Assembly: GCA_964434475.1 (NCBI GenBank)
Contig: CAYSVS010000009.1
Coordinates: 1 to 35,030, forward strand
Origin: an uncultured Methanosarcinales archaeon
GTDB taxonomy: Archaea > Nanobdellota > Nanobdellia > Woesearchaeales > CAYSVS01
Reading direction: 5' to 3'
DNA length: 35,030 nt
Below are positions 19,415 through 28,641 of this stretch, piece by piece. Within the stretch, counting starts at the first letter, position 1; every line of letters begins with the position of its first letter. The notes below the pieces were generated by a model. The model had not been told where the DNA came from. It made no database searches and worked only from the letters and a program-made list of their open reading frames with translations. The translations under genes and the position numbers were made by a program.

Positions 19415-21534
19415 TCATGATTGTAAGGGTCATTAGGGTTCTGATCTAGATTAGATTCTGATTGTATCGTGTTAACAGTTTGCTGTTCTTGTAGTATTCT
19501 TTTTGATTCTGTGCTTATTATTGCGTTGCAGTATTCGCCTTCTTCAAATCCGCTTCCTCTTGCGTCTATACATATTTGTGTATAAGCATAGTGGCTTCTT
19601 TCGATTATAGGGTCGCTGTCCATTCTTGATAAACTATCTCCCATTTCAAGATGTTGATATGATTTGAATATTGTTGATGTTTTTGAAGGACCTTTCAATA
19701 TTATATTGAAGTCCATATCTTGTGTTTGTGCGTTTACTAGAAATGTTATCTTATAGAGCTTTTCCATCATTGCGTTGTTGTTTTGTTCACAAAATCCTCC
19801 TGCATTGCATTTACTGTTTACAAGATATGAGCAATTGTCGTCGTGTGTGCATTGCGACATAACTTGAGTTACTTCAGCTTCTGCGTGAGCAGCTATTGTA
19901 GCTAACATCCTTTCGTGTTCTGCATAAGGCGTAAGCAAAGTTCCATGGCCTGATGCTCTGTCTATATATGACCTGCAGAACAATGCTTCGTTTAGTGTGA
20001 ATAGTTGTCCTAAAGGATTTGTCTTGAAAAAATTAACAACAGCATCAAACTGTTTTACTTTGTTGCCTGTTATAGTGTGATAAAGGCTTCTGCCAGCTGC
20101 TGCTGCGCTGAATACGCTCATTATAGTGTTTCCCATACTTTTGTGCTCTACTTTTGATTTGAGCTTTGCGACAGCTTCTTTGCAAGCTGTGTCTTGTGTA
20201 GCACATTTATGGTTGGGATCTGTGATTGTTTTTTCCCCTCCATTATATGTTATTTTAACAGGCATAGTTGAATGTAGGTTATAAGTTATGTATTCTGTGC
20301 AATCATCATTAATACATTCATCCCTGTAAGGGGTTTCGCTAGCATCAGTATATTCTTTGTACATTTCATTGCTTGCTATATCTTTAGTAACTATCTTGCC
20401 TGTCTTTGCTTCAGTGTATTTTATTGTCTGCGCTTCTCCTTTATTGTTAAAATCAAGCTTTGTTTTTGCGATTCCATCATCATCAACATATATCTCTTGT
20501 ACTTTTTTTCCGCCTGATTTAACTATAATGTTGTTGCCTTCTTCTTTGAATGCATATACGCTAGGAAGATAAGAATAGTCGATGCCTGCGATTAATTTTG
20601 AATCAACATTTTCTGCAACTTTTGTATTTTTTTGATATATATCTGCAGTAGTTTCTTTTATTATTGCGAATTCATCAATCTTATTTGGATTTTGATATAT
20701 TCTGTCTTCGTTGATTGTGATGTGGCCATCTTTATTTTCTGCTTTGCCTGCTTCAATCGCATCTTTATAGTCTTCAATTTCCATTATTACTGGGCTTAAT
20801 TCTATACCATTGACAATAAGTTCTGTAAATTCTGTGCCTTCTTTGTTAGTATCATAACTAAATTTTTTTTCTTCAGAATATATTTGATAGCCGTCGCCAT
20901 CTGCTATTTTCTTGTTGCCGTTTGATAAAACTGTTAAAATGTTTCTTTCATTTTCGCTGTAGATGTATTCACCACCATCCTTTTTAGTTATCTTTTCTTT
21001 TGTTCCGAATAAGATAGTAGTATCATCTTCTTTTTTGATTTCGTTTAGTTTAACTTTTTCTATTATATCTTTAGGAACATTATCTTGGAATAATTCTTTG
21101 TCAACTATTATGACTCCAGTGCCGTCTTGGTTTGTGCCTTTTAGATTGTTTGCATTATTTATTTCTGTTGTATAAGTGGTTTTTTTTTCATCTTTTTTGA
21201 CAATATATCTGGTATTGCCTTCTCTTGTTATTGTGTTTCCTTTGCCTGATATTGAATTTTTTGTGAAATCAAACGTATTTGATATTTCATCTGATGTATA
21301 GACATATTTATTATTATTCTCATCTAGTTTAATAACTTCCATATATTCTAATAGATAAATTGGATAGCTTGCGCTACCTGCATCTTCTCCTTCTTGAGTG
21401 AATGGAATTATAAATTCTCCTGTGCCTTGTTCTCCGCCTTTTCCATTAGTTAATTCAATAGGTTCTATTGCTAAGGATACATTTACAACTACCAAAACCA
21501 TTACCAATAATGTGATAAACAATCTTTTATTCAT
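19408..21534 (-). CDS. Secreted hypothetical protein (708 aa)
   Basis: Signal MNKRLFITLLVMVLVVVNVSLA; K/E/N/G/T-rich N-half; Cys-containing C-terminal region. Confidence 0.83.
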   Translation of the reverse strand: MNKRLFITLLVMVLVVVNVSLAIEPIELTNGKGGEQGTGEFIIPFTQEGEDAGSASYPIYLLEYMEVIKLDENNNKYVYTSDEISNTFDFTKNSISGKGNTITREGNTRYIVKKDEKKTTYTTEINNANNLKGTNQDGTGVIIVDKELFQDNVPKDIIEKVKLNEIKKEDDTTILFGTKEKITKKDGGEYIYSENERNILTVLSNGNKKIADGDGYQIYSEEKKFSYDTNKEGTEFTELIVNGIELSPVIMEIEDYKDAIEAGKAENKDGHITINEDRIYQNPNKIDEFAIIKETTADIYQKNTKVAENVDSKLIAGIDYSYLPSVYAFKEEGNNIIVKSGGKKVQEIYVDDDGIAKTKLDFNNKGEAQTIKYTEAKTGKIVTKDIASNEMYKEYTDASETPYRDECINDDCTEYITYNLHSTMPVKITYNGGEKTITDPNHKCATQDTACKEAVAKLKSKVEHKSMGNTIMSVFSAAAAGRSLYHTITGNKVKQFDAVVNFFKTNPLGQLFTLNEALFCRSYIDRASGHGTLLTPYAEHERMLATIAAHAEAEVTQVMSQCTHDDNCSYLVNSKCNAGGFCEQNNNAMMEKLYKITFLVNAQTQDMDFNIILKGPSKTSTIFKSYQHLEMGDSLSRMDSDPIIERSHYAYTQICIDARGSGFEEGEYCNAIISTESKRILQEQQTVNTIQSESNLDQNPNDPYNHDW

Positions 21535-24500
21535 TTAGTCTTCACCTATTGCGCTGCATGCGTCATAGCTTTCCGGTATGTCTAATGTGATGCCGTTTCT
21601 TAAGCTTTTTATCCTGTCTATCTGTTGTGTTATGTATCCTATCTTTTTTGTTAATTTAAATATCTTGCATGGACCTGTATCTGAGCCTTTGCAGAAGTAT
21701 TCTGAGCTTCCAAATGCTAATGAAACAGGATCGCTTAACAAGTCTTTAATCTCTCCAGAGAATCTCTTCCAGATATGTACAAAAGGTATTACCTGAAAAG
21801 CTTCTCCATATATATATGCGCATTGCAAATATTGAAACTGATCCTGACAGGCTGATACTGGCATTCCATAGGGTACTTTGTTCTGAAGGCAGTCAATATA
21901 CATGCAATTGATCTGTCTGTATTTTTTTAGATTTCTTGAAATTCCTGCAGGACATAGTGTTAATATGCTTAATACTAAGCTGTCTTCTGGATTTTTCGGC
22001 CACATCCCTACATCGCTGAATCCCCTGTCTTCCAGGGTTTTCTGTAATTTAATTCCAAAGAATCCTTCTTCTGCAACACCTCTTACTTCATTAACATATT
22101 CAAATGCTTGTTTTTCTTTGCCATCCTTCATCAAATTATTATATTTGTCCCAATTAACCTGTCCTATTGTTTCGTGATAGCTTATTCCTAACAATCTTTC
22201 ACTTAGATGCGTGTTTGCTGAAGAACAGCTGCCCCATTCGCAGAATTTACTTAATACTTTGTTTACACTTGCAAACATGCTTGGTGTTTCAGGAGGATTA
22301 TACAATGCACTTATACCTTGTTTGAATATAGCGAAAACCAGTTCTATCGTAGTTACCACTTGATATATCTGGCAGCCTTTGTCAGCTATTTCTAGTAATT
22401 TTTCCATCCATTTAAGTTTGTCTGCAAGTTTGTACAAGCCATTGTCTTTTGCTTCTTCTATCAAGCTTTGTGTTCCACTATCTATAGTACCTAAAGGCAT
22501 ATTATACAGAGGAATTTCTATTCCTATTGTTTCGTATTCTTTGTTTGTTACATATCTTTGGTTTACTTCTGTAATAAGGCCAAATGTGCAGTTAAGCTTG
22601 AATCTTGTGACATCTTCTGCGATGCCTTGCCTTCTTATATTTATTTTCACTAAAGTATCATTTCCGCCTGCATATACTAAGCTTGGATTATTGCCGCTTG
22701 CAAAGTAATCCATGTCTCCTTCACATCCCTCTAATGACGCTTCTAATATCTTTATGTTCGATGTGCTAGGAGTGAATCCTAAGTTTGTATAGACTTGCAT
22801 GTTTGTCAATGGAATGGTTTGCTTATCTAATTTTGAAGGCAATAATCTTTTGTTGCTTATGGACCAATAATTAGGGGTTCCGTCCTGTGATTCCAGTATT
22901 CTTATCTCTTTTTCATATTCTATTGAATTATCTACTATATCTTTGAATGTTAATTTTAGGTTAGCTTTATTGTCCTGTCCTAAGCTTGATAATGGCCCAA
23001 TTTCTTCCCAGATACAGTAATGTAGTGAAGAATTAACTTGTTCTGAACATTTGGCAGCGATAGGTTCTTTTTTACCTGTTATTTCACTAAAGTTTCCATA
23101 AGCCGAAACAGTTGTATCGTCTTCAATATATGCTTCGACTGTCATATGTTCATTTGCCTGAAAATATTGTTTTTGTCCTTGCTCTCCTATAGCATAAATA
23201 TTTGTTGCGGTTATTATGGGATCCTTATTATCTACTCTTAATATTGCATCTTGTTTTCCTTTAATTATATTGCCAACATCATCTTTTGTTGCGTCTGTTA
23301 AATAAATCTTGTACATGTCAAGGTGCTTTGCACTCTCGCTGACATTAGCTCCGCCGTAACATTCCCATAAAGAGCCTTTTTGTATGCAGTCATTAGCTCT
23401 TGCAAAATTTTGTTCTTCTAATCCTGGTATTTCTGAAAGATCAAATACAACGCCTTTCCCTGGATAATCTAGGTTAAAACCTGATCCTGCTTCTTTCATA
23501 GTAGCTAAGAACTTATTCTTGCCTGGTTTGATGTAACAATATTTTTCATCGCATTTGTCTGTTCCTATTGTATTTGTTTCTGGTGCTTGGCTGTCTACAC
23601 TAAATGTGAATTTCTTTGATGTGTCTAATTTATTGCCTTTATCATCTTTAGCTATTATCTTTATTGTGGGCTGTATCTGTGTTTTTTCTCCTGGGTTGAT
23701 AGAAATATCTTCCCAGATAAACCTGTATGTTTTGCCACTTTTTTGATATTTGTTAGGTTGGTAGTTTGTTCCAGCATAAGCTGCGTTCAGTTCGCTTAGG
23801 TCTGCCTGTACAGAATCAGTATCTATTTCTTCATTATCCTCTATATCTGCAATCATATTGACTTTTGTTCCAGACCCTGAAATGTAATCTACTTCAGCAT
23901 CGCCTATCTTGAACTCAAGATTATCTAGTTTAGGTGCAGAAAGATCTACTTTGATATCTTCTGTAGTTTTTGTTGCTATATGGCCTTGATTGTCTACAGC
24001 TATTATGCTTATAGTCTGCTTGCCTTCTTTTGTTAAAGGAATTTCTGCATCCTCTTGATACCAGCATTTGTCGAACTCTGCTTCAACTTCTTTTCCGTTG
24101 ATTTCTATGCTTTTTATGCCGCTGCATTTATTGAGGCATAGTGTACCTTCGCAAGCTTTTTCGTGCACTATATAACTAAGTTTTGCTACATCGCCTTCTT
24201 GTACTGGTTGCTGTTGTATATCTATCTCAGGAGCTAACCCATCTACATAATATGAATCAAATTCTTCTGTTAGCTGTGTTCCTTCTGAATCATACAGCTT
24301 TACTTTTAATCCATATTTGTTTGCAGGCATAAAAACATTTTTTGAATGTTCACATTTGTAAAAATCATCATCTAGCTTTGTGCATTGCTTATTGAACGGA
24401 ACTATCATTCCGTTTGCATCTAGTTTAACCATGTTTGGAGTTATTGTCGAGTCTTCAGCATATATCCTTGCTTCAACTATAATAGATATGACATCATCTG

Positions 24501-24651
24501 ATGAGATCATATTTGGAATATTATTTTCTCCTTTGATCTCCATGTTTCTGATAACTCCTGTTACTGAATAGACGTTTGCTGTGTAGATAGGCAGAGCTAT
24601 GATTAAGCAGATCATCAATATGCTTATTTCTTTTAATATTATTTTTTTCAT
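21535..24651 (-). CDS. Large secreted Cys-rich protein with Ig-like repeats (1038 aa)
   Basis: Sec signal; repeated VD..AP and A.D..GN motifs; helical Cys-rich C-terminus related to the 1927-aa protein. Confidence 0.87.
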   Translation of the reverse strand: MKKIILKEISILMICLIIALPIYTANVYSVTGVIRNMEIKGENNIPNMISSDDVISIIVEARIYAEDSTITPNMVKLDANGMIVPFNKQCTKLDDDFYKCEHSKNVFMPANKYGLKVKLYDSEGTQLTEEFDSYYVDGLAPEIDIQQQPVQEGDVAKLSYIVHEKACEGTLCLNKCSGIKSIEINGKEVEAEFDKCWYQEDAEIPLTKEGKQTISIIAVDNQGHIATKTTEDIKVDLSAPKLDNLEFKIGDAEVDYISGSGTKVNMIADIEDNEEIDTDSVQADLSELNAAYAGTNYQPNKYQKSGKTYRFIWEDISINPGEKTQIQPTIKIIAKDDKGNKLDTSKKFTFSVDSQAPETNTIGTDKCDEKYCYIKPGKNKFLATMKEAGSGFNLDYPGKGVVFDLSEIPGLEEQNFARANDCIQKGSLWECYGGANVSESAKHLDMYKIYLTDATKDDVGNIIKGKQDAILRVDNKDPIITATNIYAIGEQGQKQYFQANEHMTVEAYIEDDTTVSAYGNFSEITGKKEPIAAKCSEQVNSSLHYCIWEEIGPLSSLGQDNKANLKLTFKDIVDNSIEYEKEIRILESQDGTPNYWSISNKRLLPSKLDKQTIPLTNMQVYTNLGFTPSTSNIKILEASLEGCEGDMDYFASGNNPSLVYAGGNDTLVKINIRRQGIAEDVTRFKLNCTFGLITEVNQRYVTNKEYETIGIEIPLYNMPLGTIDSGTQSLIEEAKDNGLYKLADKLKWMEKLLEIADKGCQIYQVVTTIELVFAIFKQGISALYNPPETPSMFASVNKVLSKFCEWGSCSSANTHLSERLLGISYHETIGQVNWDKYNNLMKDGKEKQAFEYVNEVRGVAEEGFFGIKLQKTLEDRGFSDVGMWPKNPEDSLVLSILTLCPAGISRNLKKYRQINCMYIDCLQNKVPYGMPVSACQDQFQYLQCAYIYGEAFQVIPFVHIWKRFSGEIKDLLSDPVSLAFGSSEYFCKGSDTGPCKIFKLTKKIGYITQQIDRIKSLRNGITLDIPESYDACSAIGED

Positions 24652-26756
24652 CTTCTAAAGTTCGGATGCAATTCTTCTCCGTATATTTTTGAGTATTTTG
24701 GAATCTTGCCTATCTCTCCCATATCTTCTATTACTCTTGATTCTACGGGTATTGAATACACGTCTGGATTAATAGCATAAAATGTAACTTTCTCGTTATT
24801 GTATATGTTGTCTTCTGTAATTGTTATGTTTTGTGAATATCCTCCGCTAGTGTATGATTCTACTGAAATCTCTTTTTCAGGCGCCCAATAGCATTCTTTT
24901 ATCAAGCCGCCAAGCATCTTTATGCATCTTTCTTGCGGTAATATCTTGAATTCTTTGTCATTTATTACATTGATTTCAATATCGTATTCACCTGGAGCGA
25001 ATTTATCTATTTTTGTTTCTTCCTGTTTCAATGATGCGAATACTTCATGGTCCTGCTGTCCTTGTTCAGGTATCCTTGTTAATATGATTGTTGCACTTTC
25101 TTCTGGGTCAAGTTCGACAGCTTCTTTGTTAAAAGTCCATCTTGGATGCAGTTGTTTTTTCATCAAGCTTATTTCTATTTCCTTGAATGGATAAAGTTCA
25201 ACTTCTATATTTTGCTCTTCGCCAAGTCTTGTTGTAAGGAATTTTGATTCTCTTAGATAATCCTGGTTGTCAAAGCTAATTATGCCGTTTATTCCGACAG
25301 GAAACTTTGTCTCTAGGATTCCTTTGTTGTTTGTTTTCCCTATAAAGCACGATTCGTCCCCTATGCTGTAGCTGATCTTTAAATTAGGTATAGGTTCTTG
25401 TGTTATCTTATCTGTTGTTTTGACAGTAATATTGCCCGAGTTTCTTTTGTCTATATTGCACATCATACTTCCTTGCGGAAGTGCAAAACTTTCAATAGGT
25501 TCGAAAGTCTCGTTTATAGCTTCGTTGTTTCTTATATTTGCTTCTAAGGCTATCCAGAAAGTGTAGCCTTTATTGTTGAATGCATAAGGATCCACTATGC
25601 TTATCAGCACAGGATATGATATGTCATAGATTGTTTCGTATCTTTGAATGCCGAAGTTAAGCAGAGGTTCATATATTCCTTCTGGGCCTATCATGCCTGA
25701 TTCTGAATTAGTGTCAAAATATATGGGCCATTCAGAGAAATAATTGAAGTTTACGCCTAATGTTGAAAATCCTGTAATAGGCAGTACCATCGAATCATAG
25801 ATTCCTTGTGCAGTGCTGCTGAATTCGTTTTCCTCTACTATCACTCTTTCATAATTCAAGCTGTCCTTAATCTTGAAATAAGGTGTAAAAGACTGCAGCA
25901 TAAGCTGTATGTTATCTTTCACTTTATCTTCCTGCCAGTATACACCCGAAGTTTCGAAATCTGTAGTTGACATAGGAGGTATCTTTAGTTCGTCTATTCC
26001 TGAAAATATTGTCAATAAATCTAATGTTGAACTTTCAAGGAAAGAATATTCTGATTCAAATTGGGTTATGTTGTATGCTTTTTCGTATATGTTTTTGAAA
26101 TCAAATGAAATTTTCTTATAGAATTTATCTGTTTTCGCTCTGTTATTTCCTTTAACAATATCTGTTTCCATATATATCAATATCCTTACATCTTCTTCTG
26201 TTATTGTTGTGAGTGTGGTTATATTATCATCAGCAACAACAGTGAATTCCTTGAAATCGTCAAACCCTCTGAAACATTTTTTCAGATTGGATTCAATGTA
26301 TTTGTCTATCTGTGTTTCTATAGCATATTCTTCACTTATATATTCTGTATTTTGTCCTCTGTATAATGGAGGTCTCATCGATGCAAATTCGCAGTAGCCT
26401 GTGCAGTCGTTGTCTCCTTTTAGATAATACCAATAGGCTGGTTTTATATCTGAATTAGGCAGCAGTTCAAGAGTATTGCTGCTTGTAGGCATATCTTGTA
26501 TTATCTTGATATTATTTTCGTATATATATCCGCCTTTGTTTCCTAATTCTACAAAAGCATCGATTGCTGTTTGTTCTATGCATTGTTCTATAAAATTAGA
26601 TACAGGTTGTGCATAATTAGGAACATCCTCTATTTCTGGTTCTTTTATCTCTAGTTTTCTCTCTTCAACGCTTGATTGTATATATACAACTATCGCAGCT
26701 GAGAATAGCAGAATGATTCCTATTATTATGAAAATAGTTATTTGTGCTTTTTTCAT
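24648..26756 (-). CDS. Large protein with class III (prepilin-like) signal peptide; probable start 26756
   Basis: MKKA|QITIFIIIGIILLFSAAIVVYI; ATGA overlap with the upstream stop. Confidence 0.87.
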   Translation of the reverse strand: MKKAQITIFIIIGIILLFSAAIVVYIQSSVEERKLEIKEPEIEDVPNYAQPVSNFIEQCIEQTAIDAFVELGNKGGYIYENNIKIIQDMPTSSNTLELLPNSDIKPAYWYYLKGDNDCTGYCEFASMRPPLYRGQNTEYISEEYAIETQIDKYIESNLKKCFRGFDDFKEFTVVADDNITTLTTITEEDVRILIYMETDIVKGNNRAKTDKFYKKISFDFKNIYEKAYNITQFESEYSFLESSTLDLLTIFSGIDELKIPPMSTTDFETSGVYWQEDKVKDNIQLMLQSFTPYFKIKDSLNYERVIVEENEFSSTAQGIYDSMVLPITGFSTLGVNFNYFSEWPIYFDTNSESGMIGPEGIYEPLLNFGIQRYETIYDISYPVLISIVDPYAFNNKGYTFWIALEANIRNNEAINETFEPIESFALPQGSMMCNIDKRNSGNITVKTTDKITQEPIPNLKISYSIGDESCFIGKTNNKGILETKFPVGINGIISFDNQDYLRESKFLTTRLGEEQNIEVELYPFKEIEISLMKKQLHPRWTFNKEAVELDPEESATIILTRIPEQGQQDHEVFASLKQEETKIDKFAPGEYDIEINVINDKEFKILPQERCIKMLGGLIKECYWAPEKEISVESYTSGGYSQNITITEDNIYNNEKVTFYAINPDVYSIPVESRVIEDMGEIGKIPKYSKIYGEELHPNFRR

Positions 26757-27487
26757 TTTGTTGCTCGTATGCATGTGAATTTGTAAAATGTTGAATCTAT
26801 ATTTTCACATATTATAGGCAGTGCTTCTTTATACATAGCTGCTAAAGTAAGGAAACAGATGTCTTTTTCGCTTCCTATTTTTGATTCACATATGTCTTTT
26901 GCCTGGGAATATGTCTTTAGCCTGAGTTGGTCAATCATCTTGTCTGTCTCTTGTGTTATTTTTGTATAATGGTATGCTGCAAATATTATAGTTACTATCA
27001 CAGCAAGGCTCATCAACACAGTCAATGTTCTTATGAACAGTTTATCGTGTTTGATATCGTGTTTGCCGTGCATAAAAGCATCTTTGATCTCTATGAGATA
27101 CCATATTATCAACGCATCTATGAGGATTATGAATCCGAAAGCTCCTAGAATTATGTCATGGATGATATTGAAGCCTTCTGTTTGTATGTACATGCTTATT
27201 ATGCTGTTGAAAATTTCAAACCCAAACCACGCTATAGCAAGATACCAGATAGATTTTCCTCTTGTCATCAATCCGTGGATTATAGAGAATATTATAGCGA
27301 TAAAAAGTATGTTGATGATTACCGCTATCCCTCCTTCCAGTACATATCCGAAAAACATTACTGTCTGGTTGGTAACAGTAAACATAAGATAAACAAGTGC
27401 AAGAAATATTGTGTAGATAGTAAGGACTTTTATTCCGTTGTACTTACTAATAGATTCACTACTACTTTTACCCCTCTTTTTAACCAT
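26753..27487 (-). CDS. Polytopic membrane protein with Cys-rich C-terminal domain
   Basis: About five TM segments, then DICESKIGSEKDICF...ICENIDSTFYKFTCI. Confidence 0.82.
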   Translation of the reverse strand: MVKKRGKSSSESISKYNGIKVLTIYTIFLALVYLMFTVTNQTVMFFGYVLEGGIAVIINILFIAIIFSIIHGLMTRGKSIWYLAIAWFGFEIFNSIISMYIQTEGFNIIHDIILGAFGFIILIDALIIWYLIEIKDAFMHGKHDIKHDKLFIRTLTVLMSLAVIVTIIFAAYHYTKITQETDKMIDQLRLKTYSQAKDICESKIGSEKDICFLTLAAMYKEALPIICENIDSTFYKFTCIRATK

Positions 27488-27513
27488 CCTTCATAGAATT
27501 GTTTTAATTCTAA

Positions 27514-27521
27514 TATATAAA
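27514..27521 (-). promoter_or_regulatory. Candidate TATA box for the surface-protein operon
   Basis: Minus-strand GAAACC-TTTATATA, about 26 nt upstream of the ATG at 27487. Confidence 0.5.
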
Positions 27522-27945
27522 GGTTTCTATTTATATTATATATTATATATCTTTTAGAAATGATTAATTACACACATGGTTTTTGTATCTTGTTGTTCTG
27601 TAATTGTTTATGGTTAATAATTGTAAAAATTCATGTTTACAATATAAACGTTTGGTTTATCAAATATTTTTTGTCTTAAATAGTTCTATTTATAAGTAAT
27701 AAATCTGGCGTATATTCTGCAGCTTGCTGTATTTGGGTAATCAGATGTTAAGGCTTTTTATTGATTCCTTGCCGGGTTTCATAGTTCTCGGCTTGCTGCG
27801 ATAATAAATACGCGTAAGAATTAAAATTATTGCGGAATTCTTTTTGAATTTATGGGACACTAAAAATCATGCGATTATTTTTAAGTGTATTCTGAACTTG
27901 CTAACTTAGGATTTTTTCTTTGTATCAATCAATATTTTTAGAAAT

Positions 27946-28590
27946 CTATGTTTGTGTTTTCAGATGAGTTATGTATTGTATAAGATGGTATGTTTGATCA
28001 TGGTCATAAATTCTGGGTATTGAATATTTTTCAGGATTTTTGAAAAACTCGTCTAGTGTAACGCTTTTTTCACTCTCGTTATAATGCTTATGGAATAAAG
28101 CCTTGAAACATTGTATTCCTATGAGATGTTTTATTGCATCATCAAGATGGACTAAAGGTTTGGTTATTTTCATAACCTCTTTTTTATTTCTGTTGAAGAT
28201 TATTGTGTCGTAATGTATGTTTTTATCTTTAAGGCAAGTGTATGTGTCCTGTTCCATTATCTTTTGGAGTTTATCGTCTTCTACTTTTCTTGCAGTAGAT
28301 ATCTGTACAGTATATCCTTCTTGTTTTAACTTGTATGTAAGCTCTCTAAATCCTGGAATAAGTTTCATATTTTTATATTTTCTTGATAGTATAAAATTCT
28401 CAAATGCTTGTAAGCAGTGTTCTGCTGTTGGAATATTTCCATAATCGTCTGTGCAGTAAGAGAAATTGTAAGTGGTCTGGTTGTGCCTTTTTAGATTGCA
28501 TCCTGATACTTTATTCACATATTCCCTAAAATCGTCTGCACATTCTAACCCGCAGTCATCTAGATCTAGGCTGATTAATTTTCGTTCCAT
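27946..28590 (-). CDS. HAD-superfamily 5'(3')-nucleotidase-like hydrolase
   Basis: Motif I ISLDLDD, motif II STAR, Lys, motif IV HLDD. Confidence 0.8.
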   Translation of the reverse strand: MERKLISLDLDDCGLECADDFREYVNKVSGCNLKRHNQTTYNFSYCTDDYGNIPTAEHCLQAFENFILSRKYKNMKLIPGFRELTYKLKQEGYTVQISTARKVEDDKLQKIMEQDTYTCLKDKNIHYDTIIFNRNKKEVMKITKPLVHLDDAIKHLIGIQCFKALFHKHYNESEKSVTLDEFFKNPEKYSIPRIYDHDQTYHLIQYITHLKTQT

Positions 28591-28641
28591 AGTTTTAGTA
28601 AAAAGAAGAATATTTAAAAATATAATGGGTTTGAAAATTAT

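Noticed and set aside
10913..24651. HAP2/Fsx1-type fusexin assignment
   Set aside because: No recognisable fusexin motif or C-terminal TM anchor; the shared region looks helical rather than beta-rich.
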